Shown one piece after another: positions 37,154 to 47,233 of a stretch of 64,000 bases of DNA. This DNA comes from a virus (taxonomy: Duplodnaviria; Heunggongvirae; Uroviricota; Caudoviricetes). Position 1 is the first letter of the stretch. Each line of letters opens with the position of its first letter. The notes beneath the pieces were generated by a model. The model did not search any database. It was not told the origin of the DNA and saw only the letters and a list, made by a program, of their open reading frames with translations. The stretch lies in the IMG/VR virus record IMGVR_UViG_3300005918_000018; one strand, 5' to 3'. Position numbers and translations under genes: made by a program.

Positions 37154-37636
37154 ATGGATGTAAAACAATTGGAAGATGTAGTAGCAAACTTAAAAGGTTT
37201 GTCTAATGATATCCAGAACACCTTGAATGATAATTCAACCCCTCTTGCTACTGTGGTGGACATTGGGATTGAACTGGACAGGGTTCTCAAACTAACCGCA
37301 AAAACATTGGAACCCGTTAAAGTTATCCTACGCCAGAAAGCCTTGGATATGAATAACCAACAATCAGGTACTGTTGAACTGAGATCTGGACTCTGCACGG
37401 TGCAGATACCCTCTCCAACGATTGCCGTTCGGAAAAGGTATGATATGCAGCCCTTGAAAGATTTGATAGGTCCGATGTTTTCAGTGATCTTCCGTGAGAT
37501 TACGACGTTCAAACCTCAGAAGGAGTTTGAACTAGAAGTCAGTCAGTGTGATTTAGTTGTACAAACGGATATTATGAAAGCTGTTGAACTGAAAGACAAT
37601 AGTCCACGGGTTTACTTCAAAGGAGTAATAACATGA
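37154..37636 (+). CDS. hypothetical protein
   Basis: 160 aa. Confidence 0.5.
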   Translation: MDVKQLEDVVANLKGLSNDIQNTLNDNSTPLATVVDIGIELDRVLKLTAKTLEPVKVILRQKALDMNNQQSGTVELRSGLCTVQIPSPTIAVRKRYDMQPLKDLIGPMFSVIFREITTFKPQKEFELEVSQCDLVVQTDIMKAVELKDNSPRVYFKGVIT

Positions 37637-38115
37637 CAATTTATGAAATGCTATTGATGGCCATCCTTGGTCACTTCATTGGAGACTATCTCTTTCAACC
37701 AAAATGGGTGGCTCACTATAAAACCAACAGTGATTGGTGTGGTTTCTGGACCTGTGTTTTACACTGTATTCTTTATTCTCTGATTATCTCCATTATGATA
37801 GGTCTAGGGAAAGTCATCAATCCTTGGGTGTTTGGGATGGTATTCCTGAGTCATTACCCCATTGATCGTTACAGCCTTGCCCAGAAATGGTTGGATATAA
37901 CAGGTGGCCGTAATTTCATGAATGATTATGATGAGGCTGTGGAGTATCTTAATAAGCAACTGCTTGAGAATGGTGAGGAACAACAGGCAGAGTTAAAAAC
38001 CCCGGTCATTGTCACATCGTTCGGATGTATCGTTTATACCATCACAGATAACACCCTCCACATTGTCTTAATGTGGGTCGGAATCTGTCTTCTTAATTTT
38101 TATAGCTTAGTTTAA
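37633..38115 (+). CDS. integral membrane protein
   Basis: 160 aa, 4 predicted TM helices. ATGA overlap. Confidence 0.5.
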   Translation: MTIYEMLLMAILGHFIGDYLFQPKWVAHYKTNSDWCGFWTCVLHCILYSLIISIMIGLGKVINPWVFGMVFLSHYPIDRYSLAQKWLDITGGRNFMNDYDEAVEYLNKQLLENGEEQQAELKTPVIVTSFGCIVYTITDNTLHIVLMWVGICLLNFYSLV

Positions 38116-38129
38116 CAAAGGAGTTTTTT

Positions 38130-38459
38130 ATGAGTCGTCATTTTTTAGGTTTTGAGGGCCCTTCTGTATTGCAGTTGATGGGTGGGGATATTGTTTTAGA
38201 AGATGACCAAGATTCCACATTCATCGGATCTGTAGTCAACCCGTTTGAAAATGAAACTGGTGGAGGTGCCCGTCTTCTTGCAGAATTTTATTTTGTAAAC
38301 GGGATGGAGGGGTATGCTCCAGGGGATGATGCTTTCTGGACATTAAAAGTGTTCAACCATAAGGGACCTACAATTATTGATGTTGTTCGAGGATGTCCTG
38401 AACACATCCGTAAAACTTACCGTACTGCTGTCAAAGATAGTGGGGTGATTCCACAATAA
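38130..38459 (+). CDS. hypothetical protein
   Basis: 109 aa. Confidence 0.45.
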   Translation: MSRHFLGFEGPSVLQLMGGDIVLEDDQDSTFIGSVVNPFENETGGGARLLAEFYFVNGMEGYAPGDDAFWTLKVFNHKGPTIIDVVRGCPEHIRKTYRTAVKDSGVIPQ

Positions 38460-38519
38460 ACGGCTTGACAATGTTTCTATAAAGTGGTATTTCTATGAAA
38501 TGGTTAAGGAGGCCACTAT

Positions 38520-39332
38520 ATGGAAAACATTATTGATCTAAAAAAACCAGAGATGGCCTATTTATTTGGATTCCTCCAAGCAGATGGACACCTGTCACAA
38601 GGTACTGGAAACAAAGGAAAACTTACTGTTGAACTTCAAGAAAATGATCAGGATATTTTGAAACAATTTCAAAAGTTGTTCCCTGTTTATTCATCCATTA
38701 GGTTTCGAGAGCGGGAAATCCTCTTTAATGGGTATCAGTACCCTCATTATAAAACGTCTATTTGGACTCTTTGTAATCATGATATACGAGAATCCCTGAA
38801 TAACCTTGGCCTTCCTTATGGGAAAAAAAATACTGTGGTTTCCCCCCCAAAAGTTCAATTCTCAGCACCTGATTATTTCAGAGGGTTCTTGGATGGAGAC
38901 GGATCTTTAGGAATTACAGGGGAAGGGGTACCATTTCTTGGGTGGTCGACAAACAGTGCAGCCCTAAACGAAGCTATTGTTAATTTCATAACCTCTGTCA
39001 CAGGAAAACAGAAAACAGTTAACCCAAATAAACGAGATAAAATGTATAACCCAACTGTCTGGAAAGAGGATGCTCAAAAAATTGCAACCTGCCTCTACTA
39101 TGACGGCTGCATGGCCCTCAAAAGAAAAATTGATAAGGCTAAAGAGGTTACAGATTGGGTTCGTCCAGACACCATGAGAATGGTTACCTGGCAAAGAAAA
39201 AGATGGTCTCCTGATGAAGATGTTTTTATAAATTCTCATTCTGTACCAGAGTCTATGAAAAAATTAGGACGTAATGAACGAAGTATTCGAATCAGATTAT
39301 CAAGACTTCGTTTAGGGTATATTAAAAAATAA
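38520..39332 (+). CDS. LAGLIDADG homing endonuclease
   Basis: Two LAGLIDADG motifs, 'YLFGFLQADGHL' and 'FRGFLDGDGSL'. Confidence 0.75.
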   Translation: MENIIDLKKPEMAYLFGFLQADGHLSQGTGNKGKLTVELQENDQDILKQFQKLFPVYSSIRFREREILFNGYQYPHYKTSIWTLCNHDIRESLNNLGLPYGKKNTVVSPPKVQFSAPDYFRGFLDGDGSLGITGEGVPFLGWSTNSAALNEAIVNFITSVTGKQKTVNPNKRDKMYNPTVWKEDAQKIATCLYYDGCMALKRKIDKAKEVTDWVRPDTMRMVTWQRKRWSPDEDVFINSHSVPESMKKLGRNERSIRIRLSRLRLGYIKK

Positions 39333-39336
39333 TAAT

Positions 39337-39379
39337 GGCTTAGTTTCTCTAAGTCATGGGTTGTTGATGTAAGAAAGAG
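39337..39379 (+). promoter_or_regulatory. conserved phage promoter-like motif copy 9
   Basis: GGCTTAGTTTCTCTAAGTCATGGGTTGTTGATGTAAGAAAGAG, 11 nt upstream of the rtcB ATG. Confidence 0.6.
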
Positions 39380-39389
39380 AGATAGAAAA

Positions 39390-40799
39390 ATGTCATTTAA
39401 ACAAATAGTAGGTAAAGAAACTGCAAATCAATACATGATGCCTAAAATCAAAACTATGAACTGTAATGTTATTGCTTTTTTGAGTGATGCTTTATTTGAA
39501 GCATCAGAAGAAGCAGTTTGGCAGCAAGCATATAATGCTGCATCTTACCCAGGAGTAACACATGTATTTTTGATGCCTGATACACACTCAGGATATGGTG
39601 TACCAATAGGTTGTGTGATTGTTACCGAAGGAGTTATAATCCAGGCAGCAGCTGGTTATGATATATCATGTGGAATCCTCTATGCCAAAATAGAGGGGCT
39701 ATCTGCAGATAAAGTTATAGACCCTGCAAAACGCCGTCAATGGATTGATGAGATTGAACTCAGGGTAGCTACTGGAATTGGAACCAAACGTCCAGACAAG
39801 ATGCCTGTTTTCACTCACAAGTTTTTGGAGGAAGTTTTGATTACTGGGGGTCATGCCCTTGGTTTGTCTAAAGACGTTTGTGAACGTGTATCTTTACCTG
39901 TGGACACTAACCATTTCGACATGAAACGTATCCCACGAGCTACCAATAAGATGGTCGGCCAGCTAGGATCTCTCGGATCGGGCAACCACTATTGTGAACT
40001 CCAAGTAGACCCTACAGATTCGTCCGTGTGGTTGATGATTCACTGTGGTAGCCGTGGTTATGGTTGGCAAACTGCCGAACATTTCCTGTATGCTGGAGCA
40101 GAAGCTCGTGGCTTGGCCAAGAACCGCCGTGAAGAATCATGGTTATATGCTGACGAGCAGTTGGGCAAAGAGTTCTGGGCACACCATAATGCAGCTGCTA
40201 ACTATGCCATCTGCAACCGACACGTCATTGCTCAACAGGTTTCTGAAGCAACTAACGTAGTTTTTGGTAAAGGTGCTAAAACTTACTACGAGATCAGCCA
40301 TAACCTGATTCAGGAAGAAGAAATCTATGTTCCTGATGGTTCGTTGGTTAAGGGATTTGTTCACCGTAAAGGTGCTACTCGTGCTTTTCCTGCTGGACAC
40401 CCTGCTTTGTATAACACCAAGTGGTTTGATACTGGCCACCCTTGCCTGATTCCAGGTTCAATGCTGCACGGTGCAGCTATCTTGTTCCCAGAAGAAGGTG
40501 CCAAGAAGTCTGGTTGCTCCGTGAACCATGGCTCTGGTCGTTTAATGGGTCGGTATGCTGCCAAGAGAGAGTTCAAGGAACTCCAGCAGGACATCGATGA
40601 CGAGATGAACAATGCCAAGGTAGAATGCAAGGATGGTTTTATCGTTGAAGGTATCTTGATGAACTCTCGTCAAACTCCTTTGGACGAATGTGGCCATGCT
40701 TATAAAAGCCTGGATGCTGTTCTGAATGTTTTGGAAGAAGAAAATGTGGCCAAGATACATCGTCGTATGTATCCAGTTGCCAACTTAAAAGGACTTTGA
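39390..40799 (+). CDS. rtcB: RtcB RNA-splicing/repair ligase
   Basis: 'MPDTHSGYGVPIGCV' (PDxHxGxG), 'GYDISCG', 'VHRKGATRA' and 'VNHGSGRLMGR' are the RtcB metal and GTP motifs. Confidence 0.85.
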   Translation: MSFKQIVGKETANQYMMPKIKTMNCNVIAFLSDALFEASEEAVWQQAYNAASYPGVTHVFLMPDTHSGYGVPIGCVIVTEGVIIQAAAGYDISCGILYAKIEGLSADKVIDPAKRRQWIDEIELRVATGIGTKRPDKMPVFTHKFLEEVLITGGHALGLSKDVCERVSLPVDTNHFDMKRIPRATNKMVGQLGSLGSGNHYCELQVDPTDSSVWLMIHCGSRGYGWQTAEHFLYAGAEARGLAKNRREESWLYADEQLGKEFWAHHNAAANYAICNRHVIAQQVSEATNVVFGKGAKTYYEISHNLIQEEEIYVPDGSLVKGFVHRKGATRAFPAGHPALYNTKWFDTGHPCLIPGSMLHGAAILFPEEGAKKSGCSVNHGSGRLMGRYAAKREFKELQQDIDDEMNNAKVECKDGFIVEGILMNSRQTPLDECGHAYKSLDAVLNVLEEENVAKIHRRMYPVANLKGL

Positions 40800-40814
40800 T
40801 AATGGGAGGAAATT

Positions 40815-41312
40815 ATGAAATCCGTAGTTACTTTAGTTATTGAGGCCGGAGATGGGGAGCCTTGCCCATTCTGTAAATATAATAACAAACCAGATCAAGG
40901 ATATAAAAACGATGTTGGAATTGATGTTCAGTATGCTTGGTTGAATTCTTCGTTAGGGGCATTGCATATGTGTGAACAATGTGCCTATATGTTGGCCACA
41001 GCATCAGCAATTGAGGCAGCAAGATATAATTGTTGTGAAGCACCCGGAAAATTTGATACGACAGTTGCACTGATTTTGAAAGAAGGGGTGACTAACAAGG
41101 ATCTTCCTAGTCAGTTCATAGAACATATGATTGGACATGCTAAGTTACTACACCCATCATATCACTACATGGGCGGATTGGATGAAGATGCAACAAAACG
41201 AGGTGGTTTATTACAGGATGGGACACCTGATCCACAAATAGGTGACTTCTCAAAATGGATTAATGACTATTATGATGCTTGGCCTTTTAGAGTTCAGTAT
41301 GAGGGTAAATAA
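40815..41312 (+). CDS. hypothetical Cys-rich protein
   Basis: 165 aa. CPFC..CEQC. Confidence 0.45.
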   Translation: MKSVVTLVIEAGDGEPCPFCKYNNKPDQGYKNDVGIDVQYAWLNSSLGALHMCEQCAYMLATASAIEAARYNCCEAPGKFDTTVALILKEGVTNKDLPSQFIEHMIGHAKLLHPSYHYMGGLDEDATKRGGLLQDGTPDPQIGDFSKWINDYYDAWPFRVQYEGK

Positions 41313-41315
41313 CTA

Positions 41316-42065
41316 ATGGATAGAAACTTTGTGGTACGTGGCCTTTCTTGGGCTTTGAAAGAAGCTCAAGAAAAGGTCAATATCCCTGCCACTTGGAAAC
41401 AACTGAAAAAGTTGGGGGGTAAATACGGCAAACGGTTTTTAGTCTTTGCAGTGATCTGGGAAATATTTGAAGATGTTATCCTCCCCATCATCTCTTGGGT
41501 GTTGGGAGTTCCTGAATTAATCCCCATACTCTTGATTTTCCACTTCGAGGTGGTTGCCTATCCTGTAGCATTCTGTGCCTTTAAGGAATGGGATCGGCTT
41601 CGGGGTGTAACAACTATGTACCCAGAGGGTAGGGATAGCTGGTCAACCCTATCAAGGTCATTGGCAAAAGTGTCTATTTATATGATGGCTGCCAGCGGGT
41701 GGGTTTTCATTTACATGGGGCAAGGTTCTGTCTGGGCTGGTTCTATTTTCCTTTCCTTACTATTCACGTTGGGGTTTGTCCATGAGAGAATGTGGCACGA
41801 CTCCAATTATGGAATACGAGAAAACAATACCGTTGAATTTAAGAGGTGTGTGGTTAAAACCGGAACATTCACAGGCTTGGGGGCATTGACCATGTTCTCT
41901 GCTCTGCATGTCACAGGATTACCTATGAACCCCTCGCTTTTCATAGTTTATCACATTGTAGCAGCAATCTTGTATCTCGGTCTTGAAGCAGTATGGTCGA
42001 GATCAACTTTAGGGGTAAAAACACTTGAAGAGGAGAACCTAAAATGTCAGAAGCCGAAAAAATAG
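41316..42065 (+). CDS. integral membrane protein
   Basis: 249 aa, multiple TM helices. Confidence 0.5.
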   Translation: MDRNFVVRGLSWALKEAQEKVNIPATWKQLKKLGGKYGKRFLVFAVIWEIFEDVILPIISWVLGVPELIPILLIFHFEVVAYPVAFCAFKEWDRLRGVTTMYPEGRDSWSTLSRSLAKVSIYMMAASGWVFIYMGQGSVWAGSIFLSLLFTLGFVHERMWHDSNYGIRENNTVEFKRCVVKTGTFTGLGALTMFSALHVTGLPMNPSLFIVYHIVAAILYLGLEAVWSRSTLGVKTLEEENLKCQKPKK

Positions 42066-42289
42066 ATTACTTAGACCATGAAATAATCAGAGAAATAATT
42101 GAAGAAGCAGTGTCTGCCCTGAAAGCCTTGAAAAAAGAAAACCAGTCCTTAAATGAAATAAGACACATGGGTGTTTTCTGGAAAAAACATTACGAAAGCA
42201 CACTTGATATGTTAGGTTTTAGTATAGAATATATTAAAAAACTGGAAACTCAGATAAAAGACCAGTTAGAATTAGAAGAGGGTGAATGA
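42044..42289 (+). CDS. hypothetical protein
   Basis: 81 aa. Confidence 0.4.
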   Translation: MSEAEKIDYLDHEIIREIIEEAVSALKALKKENQSLNEIRHMGVFWKKHYESTLDMLGFSIEYIKKLETQIKDQLELEEGE

Positions 42290-42588
42290 TGAAGTGGATA
42301 AAATTTACAACAGATAATTATTTTACTTGTTTTGTAGGAAACCGCCGGAGATACAAAATCTCCGAAGTATTTTTTTCAGATGGTGACCGAAAAGAATTTC
42401 TATGTGAGTACCAAGAAAAAGTAACCACCATATTTAAAGAGGATGAAGATTCCTATGAAGAAAACCAGGAATGGGATACTGACTGTCTTTTAGGCCACAC
42501 TACGAAACTTGCAGCAGCCAAGAAACTATGTAAAACTCACTTTGAAGGAGTTATAAAAGACCTTCAAGAAATGCTGAATGAGGTTTAA
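42286..42588 (+). CDS. hypothetical protein
   Basis: 100 aa. Confidence 0.4.
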   Translation: MMKWIKFTTDNYFTCFVGNRRRYKISEVFFSDGDRKEFLCEYQEKVTTIFKEDEDSYEENQEWDTDCLLGHTTKLAAAKKLCKTHFEGVIKDLQEMLNEV

Positions 42589-42591
42589 ACA

Positions 42592-43014
42592 ATGCCAGAC
42601 AATAACAAATATCAGAAACTCCGTAAAATTGGTTACTCAATAGCCCCGAACTGTGGGTTCTGCAAACACAGCAAATTTGCTAAACTGACATCTCTGTGGG
42701 GAGAATGTTCAAAGCATCGTTATCAGCACCTGAAACACGATAACCCTGATGAAGGTCGTGGTATTTCCATCGTTCGATGGGGGACGTGTCCCGATGTAGA
42801 TGTTGAACCCTCTGTCTTATTCATATTCTTGGGTCCTCATCAAGAGTTTTTCACAGGAAATGTTCCTGAAGAATACCAGTTTATGAACCCAACGGATTGT
42901 GGGACTTGTATCGGCCCGGACTGTGAAGGCTGTTCTAAACTTCCAGAAGGGGCAACAAAAGGTCCCGGAGCTTTAAAGATTGTTCTAACAAAAAGTCCAG
43001 GAGTTCTAAAATAA
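42592..43014 (+). CDS. Cys-rich hypothetical protein
   Basis: 140 aa. CGFCKH..CGTC..CEGC. Confidence 0.45.
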   Translation: MPDNNKYQKLRKIGYSIAPNCGFCKHSKFAKLTSLWGECSKHRYQHLKHDNPDEGRGISIVRWGTCPDVDVEPSVLFIFLGPHQEFFTGNVPEEYQFMNPTDCGTCIGPDCEGCSKLPEGATKGPGALKIVLTKSPGVLK

Positions 43015-43015
43015 T

Positions 43016-43645
43016 TTAATCCATCCGGCAATAAGAGTGGTAATTAATGCTGTTTTTTTGCATTGCTTGTAGGATTTGATGGTAAGTCATTCGTTTAAGC
43101 CACCGGGCATTATCCTGTACCCAACGATAGAAAACCTTAACATCTTTTCTCCCGCCTTTCATAGCAGGAATACAAGCAGGTAGGTTATTCTGATCGGATT
43201 TATCATTTACGGCAAAACTATTCCAATCAGCTCTGATAGAAACTTCGGGAGTTTCTAAACGGAAAGGACCGAATCCTGCAGGAGCTATGTCCACACCTCT
43301 GTCCATATGCTTTTCAAAGCCTACATCAGAACCAGAATTTTTAATAACCTGACGGATATAAGATAGAGCTTTATCATAAGTCATTTTATCCAGATTTTTA
43401 ATCCATTTGAAAATATTAGCCCTGAGTATATCATCTCGGATGAAATCAATATCATAAATACTGAAATGTTCTACTTTCTTACCACGTTTCCCAGCATTCT
43501 CTAGGTCCCAGACCTTGACAACACTCCGGTAAACTTGGAAGCGTAGTGATTTATTCTCAAGAGTTTTCCCCATCAAAGGTGGATCTTTATAACTGGCTAA
43601 CAACGTCCATTCGGACGAAGATTTCATAAGATTCCATTTAGGCAT
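43016..43645 (-). CDS. hypothetical protein
   Basis: 209 aa. Confidence 0.5.
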   Translation of the reverse strand: MPKWNLMKSSSEWTLLASYKDPPLMGKTLENKSLRFQVYRSVVKVWDLENAGKRGKKVEHFSIYDIDFIRDDILRANIFKWIKNLDKMTYDKALSYIRQVIKNSGSDVGFEKHMDRGVDIAPAGFGPFRLETPEVSIRADWNSFAVNDKSDQNNLPACIPAMKGGRKDVKVFYRWVQDNARWLKRMTYHQILQAMQKNSINYHSYCRMD

Positions 43646-43682
43646 AAGAGTACCTCCTATCAGGGGACTCCTATAGAAACAA

Positions 43683-43722
43683 AAACGGAGAAGCCTTTCG
43701 ACTCCTCCGTTTTGTGTATTAT
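43683..43722 (-). terminator. rho-independent terminator hairpin
   Basis: AAAACGGAGGAGTCGAAAGGCTTCTCCGTTTTT on the minus strand. Confidence 0.5.
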
Positions 43723-43723
43723 T

Positions 43724-44269
43724 TTAAGATACTTCATCTGTCCAGTATTTCAGACTACCGAGGTAATCTTTCCAAGATTTCGGAATGTCTTTCCGGCCTA
43801 GACCAGGCAGCCCATTCCCAGCCAAGTGCTTCGGCTTGAAAGGTTTCTGGATAAGAGCCATACGAGCCTGCTGTGGAGTACGACTTTTTTTCTTCTGGTT
43901 GCATTTGTAACAAGCTACGACGATATTCTGCCAGAGAGTTCTACCACCTTGACTCTTGGGAATAACATGGTCGAAGGTGAAATCCTCTATTGCCGTTTTC
44001 TTCCCGCAGTATTGACACTGGCCTTTGTCCCTGATCCAGATATTCCGACGGTTGAACTTCACACCTTTACGGAAGTATTTGGTCATCTTGGCCACAAATC
44101 TGATAATTGACGGTAATGGGAAAGTCGTAGAAGGAGACCGTAAAAATAAACCCTCGTACACATCTTCGATCACAGCTCGACCGGAAGTTATCCATGTGAT
44201 AGCTTTTTGCCATGACACTGTATTGACGGGCATGTATGAACTATTTAGGACAAGAACTTGGGTTTCCAT
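43724..44269 (-). CDS. HNH endonuclease
   Basis: 'CQYCGKK..FTFDHVIPKSQGG..NIVVACYKCNQKK'. Confidence 0.8.
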   Translation of the reverse strand: METQVLVLNSSYMPVNTVSWQKAITWITSGRAVIEDVYEGLFLRSPSTTFPLPSIIRFVAKMTKYFRKGVKFNRRNIWIRDKGQCQYCGKKTAIEDFTFDHVIPKSQGGRTLWQNIVVACYKCNQKKKSRTPQQARMALIQKPFKPKHLAGNGLPGLGRKDIPKSWKDYLGSLKYWTDEVS

Positions 44270-44337
44270 AACTAACTCCTTTTATAAACTCCTATAAGGA
44301 CAATTAAATAATAGAGAAAGTGGCATAAAAGGTCAAG

Positions 44338-44943
44338 TTATGATTCTTGTCGTAGAACATTTCTACAAAACTTGGCTCGATGTATTGGTGTTACTCCCAA
44401 TTTCTTAATAGCATACGTATGTACCGGTGTGCCATAACCAGCATTTTTATCCCAGCCATAACCGGGATATGCTTTGGACATCTCAACCATATAATTATCT
44501 CTAGCCACTTTGGCCAGAATAGATGCTGCTCCAATAGTCCATTCGATTGCGTCTCCATGTATGATGAATTCAGTTCGGACTCCTTGGAGTTCTGCCCATT
44601 GATTTGGATTCGGGGCTTTTCCATCAATCTTCACACACTCAATAGATTCTAAAGGAACTTTCTTCATAAGGTTTAAAGCTGCTTCTCGGAAACACTCAAA
44701 AACGGCCTTGTTGATACCTAAATGGTCAATTGTAGACACTGGCCTGCTTACGATGCTGAAGTACGTGTCAGGGGCATTCTGGAGTGATCTGGATACTACT
44801 ATACGTCGTGTCCCTGTCAGTTTCTTACTGTCGTCCACCCCTGCCACAGGTTTCATATCAACAGGAGCCATAAAAGCTGCTGCATGAACGTCTCCTGCCA
44901 AGCATCCTCGACCAACCTCATCTATTCCAATGATGTATTTCAT
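44338..44943 (-). CDS. rnhB: ribonuclease HII
   Basis: 'IIGIDEVGRGCLAGDV', 'DDSKKL' and 'GDAIEWTIGAASILAK' are RNase HII motifs. Confidence 0.85.
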   Translation of the reverse strand: MKYIIGIDEVGRGCLAGDVHAAAFMAPVDMKPVAGVDDSKKLTGTRRIVVSRSLQNAPDTYFSIVSRPVSTIDHLGINKAVFECFREAALNLMKKVPLESIECVKIDGKAPNPNQWAELQGVRTEFIIHGDAIEWTIGAASILAKVARDNYMVEMSKAYPGYGWDKNAGYGTPVHTYAIKKLGVTPIHRAKFCRNVLRQES

Positions 44944-45098
44944 TTCTTTCGATTATCCTTTTTAGGGATGGTCTCCCAGGCTTTACCTGCCCACTGGCAA
45001 TCAGAACACTGAACATTATAGCCCCAGTCCCGGAGCTTATAATCTTCGTCAGTCTGATGGATGTTATTACTTCCACACTTAGAGCATTTTGTTTTCAT
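44940..45098 (-). CDS. small zinc-ribbon protein (unlisted ORF)
   Basis: 52 aa, MKTKCSKCGSNNIHQTDEDYKLRDWGYNVQCSDCQWAGKAWETIPKK.. ATGA overlap with rnhB. Confidence 0.45.
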   Translation of the reverse strand: MKTKCSKCGSNNIHQTDEDYKLRDWGYNVQCSDCQWAGKAWETIPKKDNRKK

Positions 45099-45118
45099 TT
45101 TAGCTCCTATTGAAAAAT

Positions 45119-45194
45119 GGTACTCGTGACAGGGCTCGAACCTGTAATCAACGGCTTCGAAGGCCGGTGCCTTATCCAGTTAGGCCACACGAGC
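45119..45194 (-). tRNA. tRNA-Arg(UCG)
   Basis: Minus-strand read GCTCGTGTGGCCTAACTGGATAAGGCACCGGCCTTCGAAGCCG..CAGGTTCGAGCCCTGTCACGAGTACCA. Confidence 0.65.
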
Positions 45195-45199
45195 ATAAG

Positions 45200-45667
45200 T
45201 TATTTATAGGCCAGAATATCAATCCCAGCTTCTTCTAACATCAGGGCAGAAATCTTGAAATCTTCTCCCCACCTCGGCATCTCGAAATCCGGTACAGAAC
45301 AAACCATCTGAGTTATACCAGACTGAATGATACCCCGAGCACAGTCTGTACATGGGAACCATTTTAAATATATTGTACAGTTTTTCAGAGGAACCCCAGT
45401 TCGAGCTGCATTGTAGATAGCATTCCGCTCTGCATGTTCAACCCACTTGTATTTCTCAGGTCTGACTTCATACCGTTCTTTCTTGTCTTTAACTCCTCGG
45501 GGAATTCCGTTGTATCCTAACGACCGAACTTCTCTGTCCGGACCGACGATAACAGCCCCTACTCCGGTGGAAGGGTCTTTGCTCCACTTTTCAACTGTTC
45601 CACATAAGTCGAGAAATTTCTTATCCCATCTGCTAAGTTGGGAGTATTCGGTTTCTTTGAGAGGCAT
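45200..45667 (-). CDS. dCMP deaminase
   Basis: 'HAERNAI' (HAE) and 'PCTDCA' (PCxxC) are the zinc-binding motifs. Confidence 0.85.
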   Translation of the reverse strand: MPLKETEYSQLSRWDKKFLDLCGTVEKWSKDPSTGVGAVIVGPDREVRSLGYNGIPRGVKDKKERYEVRPEKYKWVEHAERNAIYNAARTGVPLKNCTIYLKWFPCTDCARGIIQSGITQMVCSVPDFEMPRWGEDFKISALMLEEAGIDILAYK

Positions 45668-45680
45668 TTTATTCTCCTAT

Positions 45681-45872
45681 TTAGTTACCTGTTTTCTCTG
45701 GTAAAGGACACCATTCAGGAGTCCCTTCCTCTGGGGTTGGTTTATTCATAACTTTACAAGTATCTGTTATTTTAAAACTCGCACAACCAGAGGGGTCTAC
45801 TGATGTAGTTTCTTGAGCATTAATCTGATTTGGACATCCTTTGCAAGAAAAAACTTTAAAATATTTAATCAT
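45681..45872 (-). CDS. small Cys-containing protein
   Basis: 63 aa. Confidence 0.35.
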   Translation of the reverse strand: MIKYFKVFSCKGCPNQINAQETTSVDPSGCASFKITDTCKVMNKPTPEEGTPEWCPLPEKTGN

Positions 45873-45875
45873 TTC

Positions 45876-46169
45876 TCACCTTTTCCGTTTACGGTGGTTA
45901 GATTCTTTGGTTTTCATATACTGACCGGGCGGAACTTTCCGGATAAACTTGACAGCTTTGAAAAACCGATCATTGGCCATCAATCCGGCAATAGTGTCCA
46001 GCTCCAAGACAGGATTCCTCAACTCGTGATTGCTAAACAAAGTATGGATTGTCTTATGGCATTCACGGCATACTAACTCAATGTCCTTCTTATCAGTTTT
46101 CTGAGTTTTCATATGGTGTTTCTCCATCAACTCAGGTACTTCTCTTTTACACAATGGGCATTTATTCAT
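45876..46169 (-). CDS. small HNH-like zinc-finger protein
   Basis: 'CPLCKREV..HH..VCRECHKTIH'. Confidence 0.45.
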   Translation of the reverse strand: MNKCPLCKREVPELMEKHHMKTQKTDKKDIELVCRECHKTIHTLFSNHELRNPVLELDTIAGLMANDRFFKAVKFIRKVPPGQYMKTKESNHRKRKR

Positions 46170-46720
46170 GTCAATTTCGGTATCATTATTTTATTTACAG
46201 CTTCATTAAGATCTTCCAGAGTCCCATCGTTAACGATTATGTGATCCGGGATAATGTGATCTACCCCTGTCTCAGTTTCATGTTTCTGTTCATTATCTGT
46301 TGAAGTAGGTCCGCCAGGACGATCCACTCGGATAACATAGTCACAGAAAGCTGCTTCAAAGGGCAATCGGATATCTGAAATGATAGCTACTTTAGGACGG
46401 TAAGGGTGGCTGTCACGGATGTCTTGCTCAAGAGCTCGTAACCACACCATCTCATCCAAACCACGGAAAAAGGATGATATCTTTTGTAAGGCTTCTCGGC
46501 CTGTTAAGTCTGGGGCTATAGTGGATGCTTTCCCTGCAGTACTCCAGGTGTCAGCACCCCATAACCCTTGCACAACCTTCTTCATGTAATTAGACAACTG
46601 GAAAATTAAACTGGAGCCCCCTAACCTACTAATCCGTATAGTTAGAGCATCGGACACGGCATCTTTACCTGACATCATTTTGCCAGTGACTCCAATAACA
46701 ATCGTGTAATTATCAATCAT
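46166..46720 (-). CDS. T4 gp1-like deoxynucleoside monophosphate kinase
   Basis: P-loop 'GVTGKMMSGKD'. 'VIRVDRPGG..ETETG' and 'IVNDGTLEDLNEAVNKI' parallel T4 gp1 'VIHVVRPG..TEAG' and 'ITNDGSLEELFSKI'. Confidence 0.65.
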   Translation of the reverse strand: MIDNYTIVIGVTGKMMSGKDAVSDALTIRISRLGGSSLIFQLSNYMKKVVQGLWGADTWSTAGKASTIAPDLTGREALQKISSFFRGLDEMVWLRALEQDIRDSHPYRPKVAIISDIRLPFEAAFCDYVIRVDRPGGPTSTDNEQKHETETGVDHIIPDHIIVNDGTLEDLNEAVNKIMIPKLT

Positions 46721-46885
46721 TTTTTCCTCGTTTTATTAGGAAATCCCCGGGGATAGGTTTTTGTATTTCTCCCATAGGGTATTTTTCTTTTGCATTCTCG
46801 TGACGAATACGAGAACGCTCTTCTTTGCCTATAGCCCGCCAAGCATTTAATGTTAGTAAGACAATTCTTTTTTGATCTTCTGTCA
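46703..46885 (-). CDS. small hypothetical protein (unlisted ORF; approximate coordinates)
   Basis: ~57 aa, MTEDQKRIVLLTLNAWRAIGKEERSRIRHENAKEKYP.. GGAG RBS. Start is 3 nt after the upstream stop and the stop overlaps the dNMP kinase start. Supersedes the out-of-frame ORF 46717..46998. Confidence 0.4.
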
Positions 46886-46888
46886 TAT

Positions 46889-47233
46889 CTAATCTTTCTC
46901 CTGACCGAAATGGGCTTTAGCACATGTCTCACAGAAATAAATCCCACAGTACAAACATCGATAAGCATAGTGCATATTGATGGTTTTTCCACAAACACAA
47001 GTTACGTCAGGACATTTACCCCTGATTTGCTTATACTGTTTCTTGTATGCTGCCCGTTTATCAGGGATTGACATATTTGCCGTCGGGTCTACACCACACT
47101 CTGCTTCCTTATCCTTCAATTCTTTCAAGGCTAAAGCCCTGATGCTCTCAAGACGAGCTCGTATTTCAACGGTATCTCCATAGGAATTAGGAAACCTGTC
47201 TATCTCAGCCATGATTTTCTTGTATGTTGACAT
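46889..47233 (-). CDS. zinc-finger protein
   Basis: 114 aa. CPDVTCVCGK..CLYCGIYFCETC. Confidence 0.5.
   Translation of the reverse strand: MSTYKKIMAEIDRFPNSYGDTVEIRARLESIRALALKELKDKEAECGVDPTANMSIPDKRAAYKKQYKQIRGKCPDVTCVCGKTINMHYAYRCLYCGIYFCETCAKAHFGQEKD

Noticed and set aside
46717-46998. 93-aa highly basic minus ORF
   Set aside because: Out of frame with, and overlapping by 110 nt, the well-supported zinc-finger gene 46889..47233. A different-frame 57-aa ORF with RBS and start/stop coupling explains the interval better.
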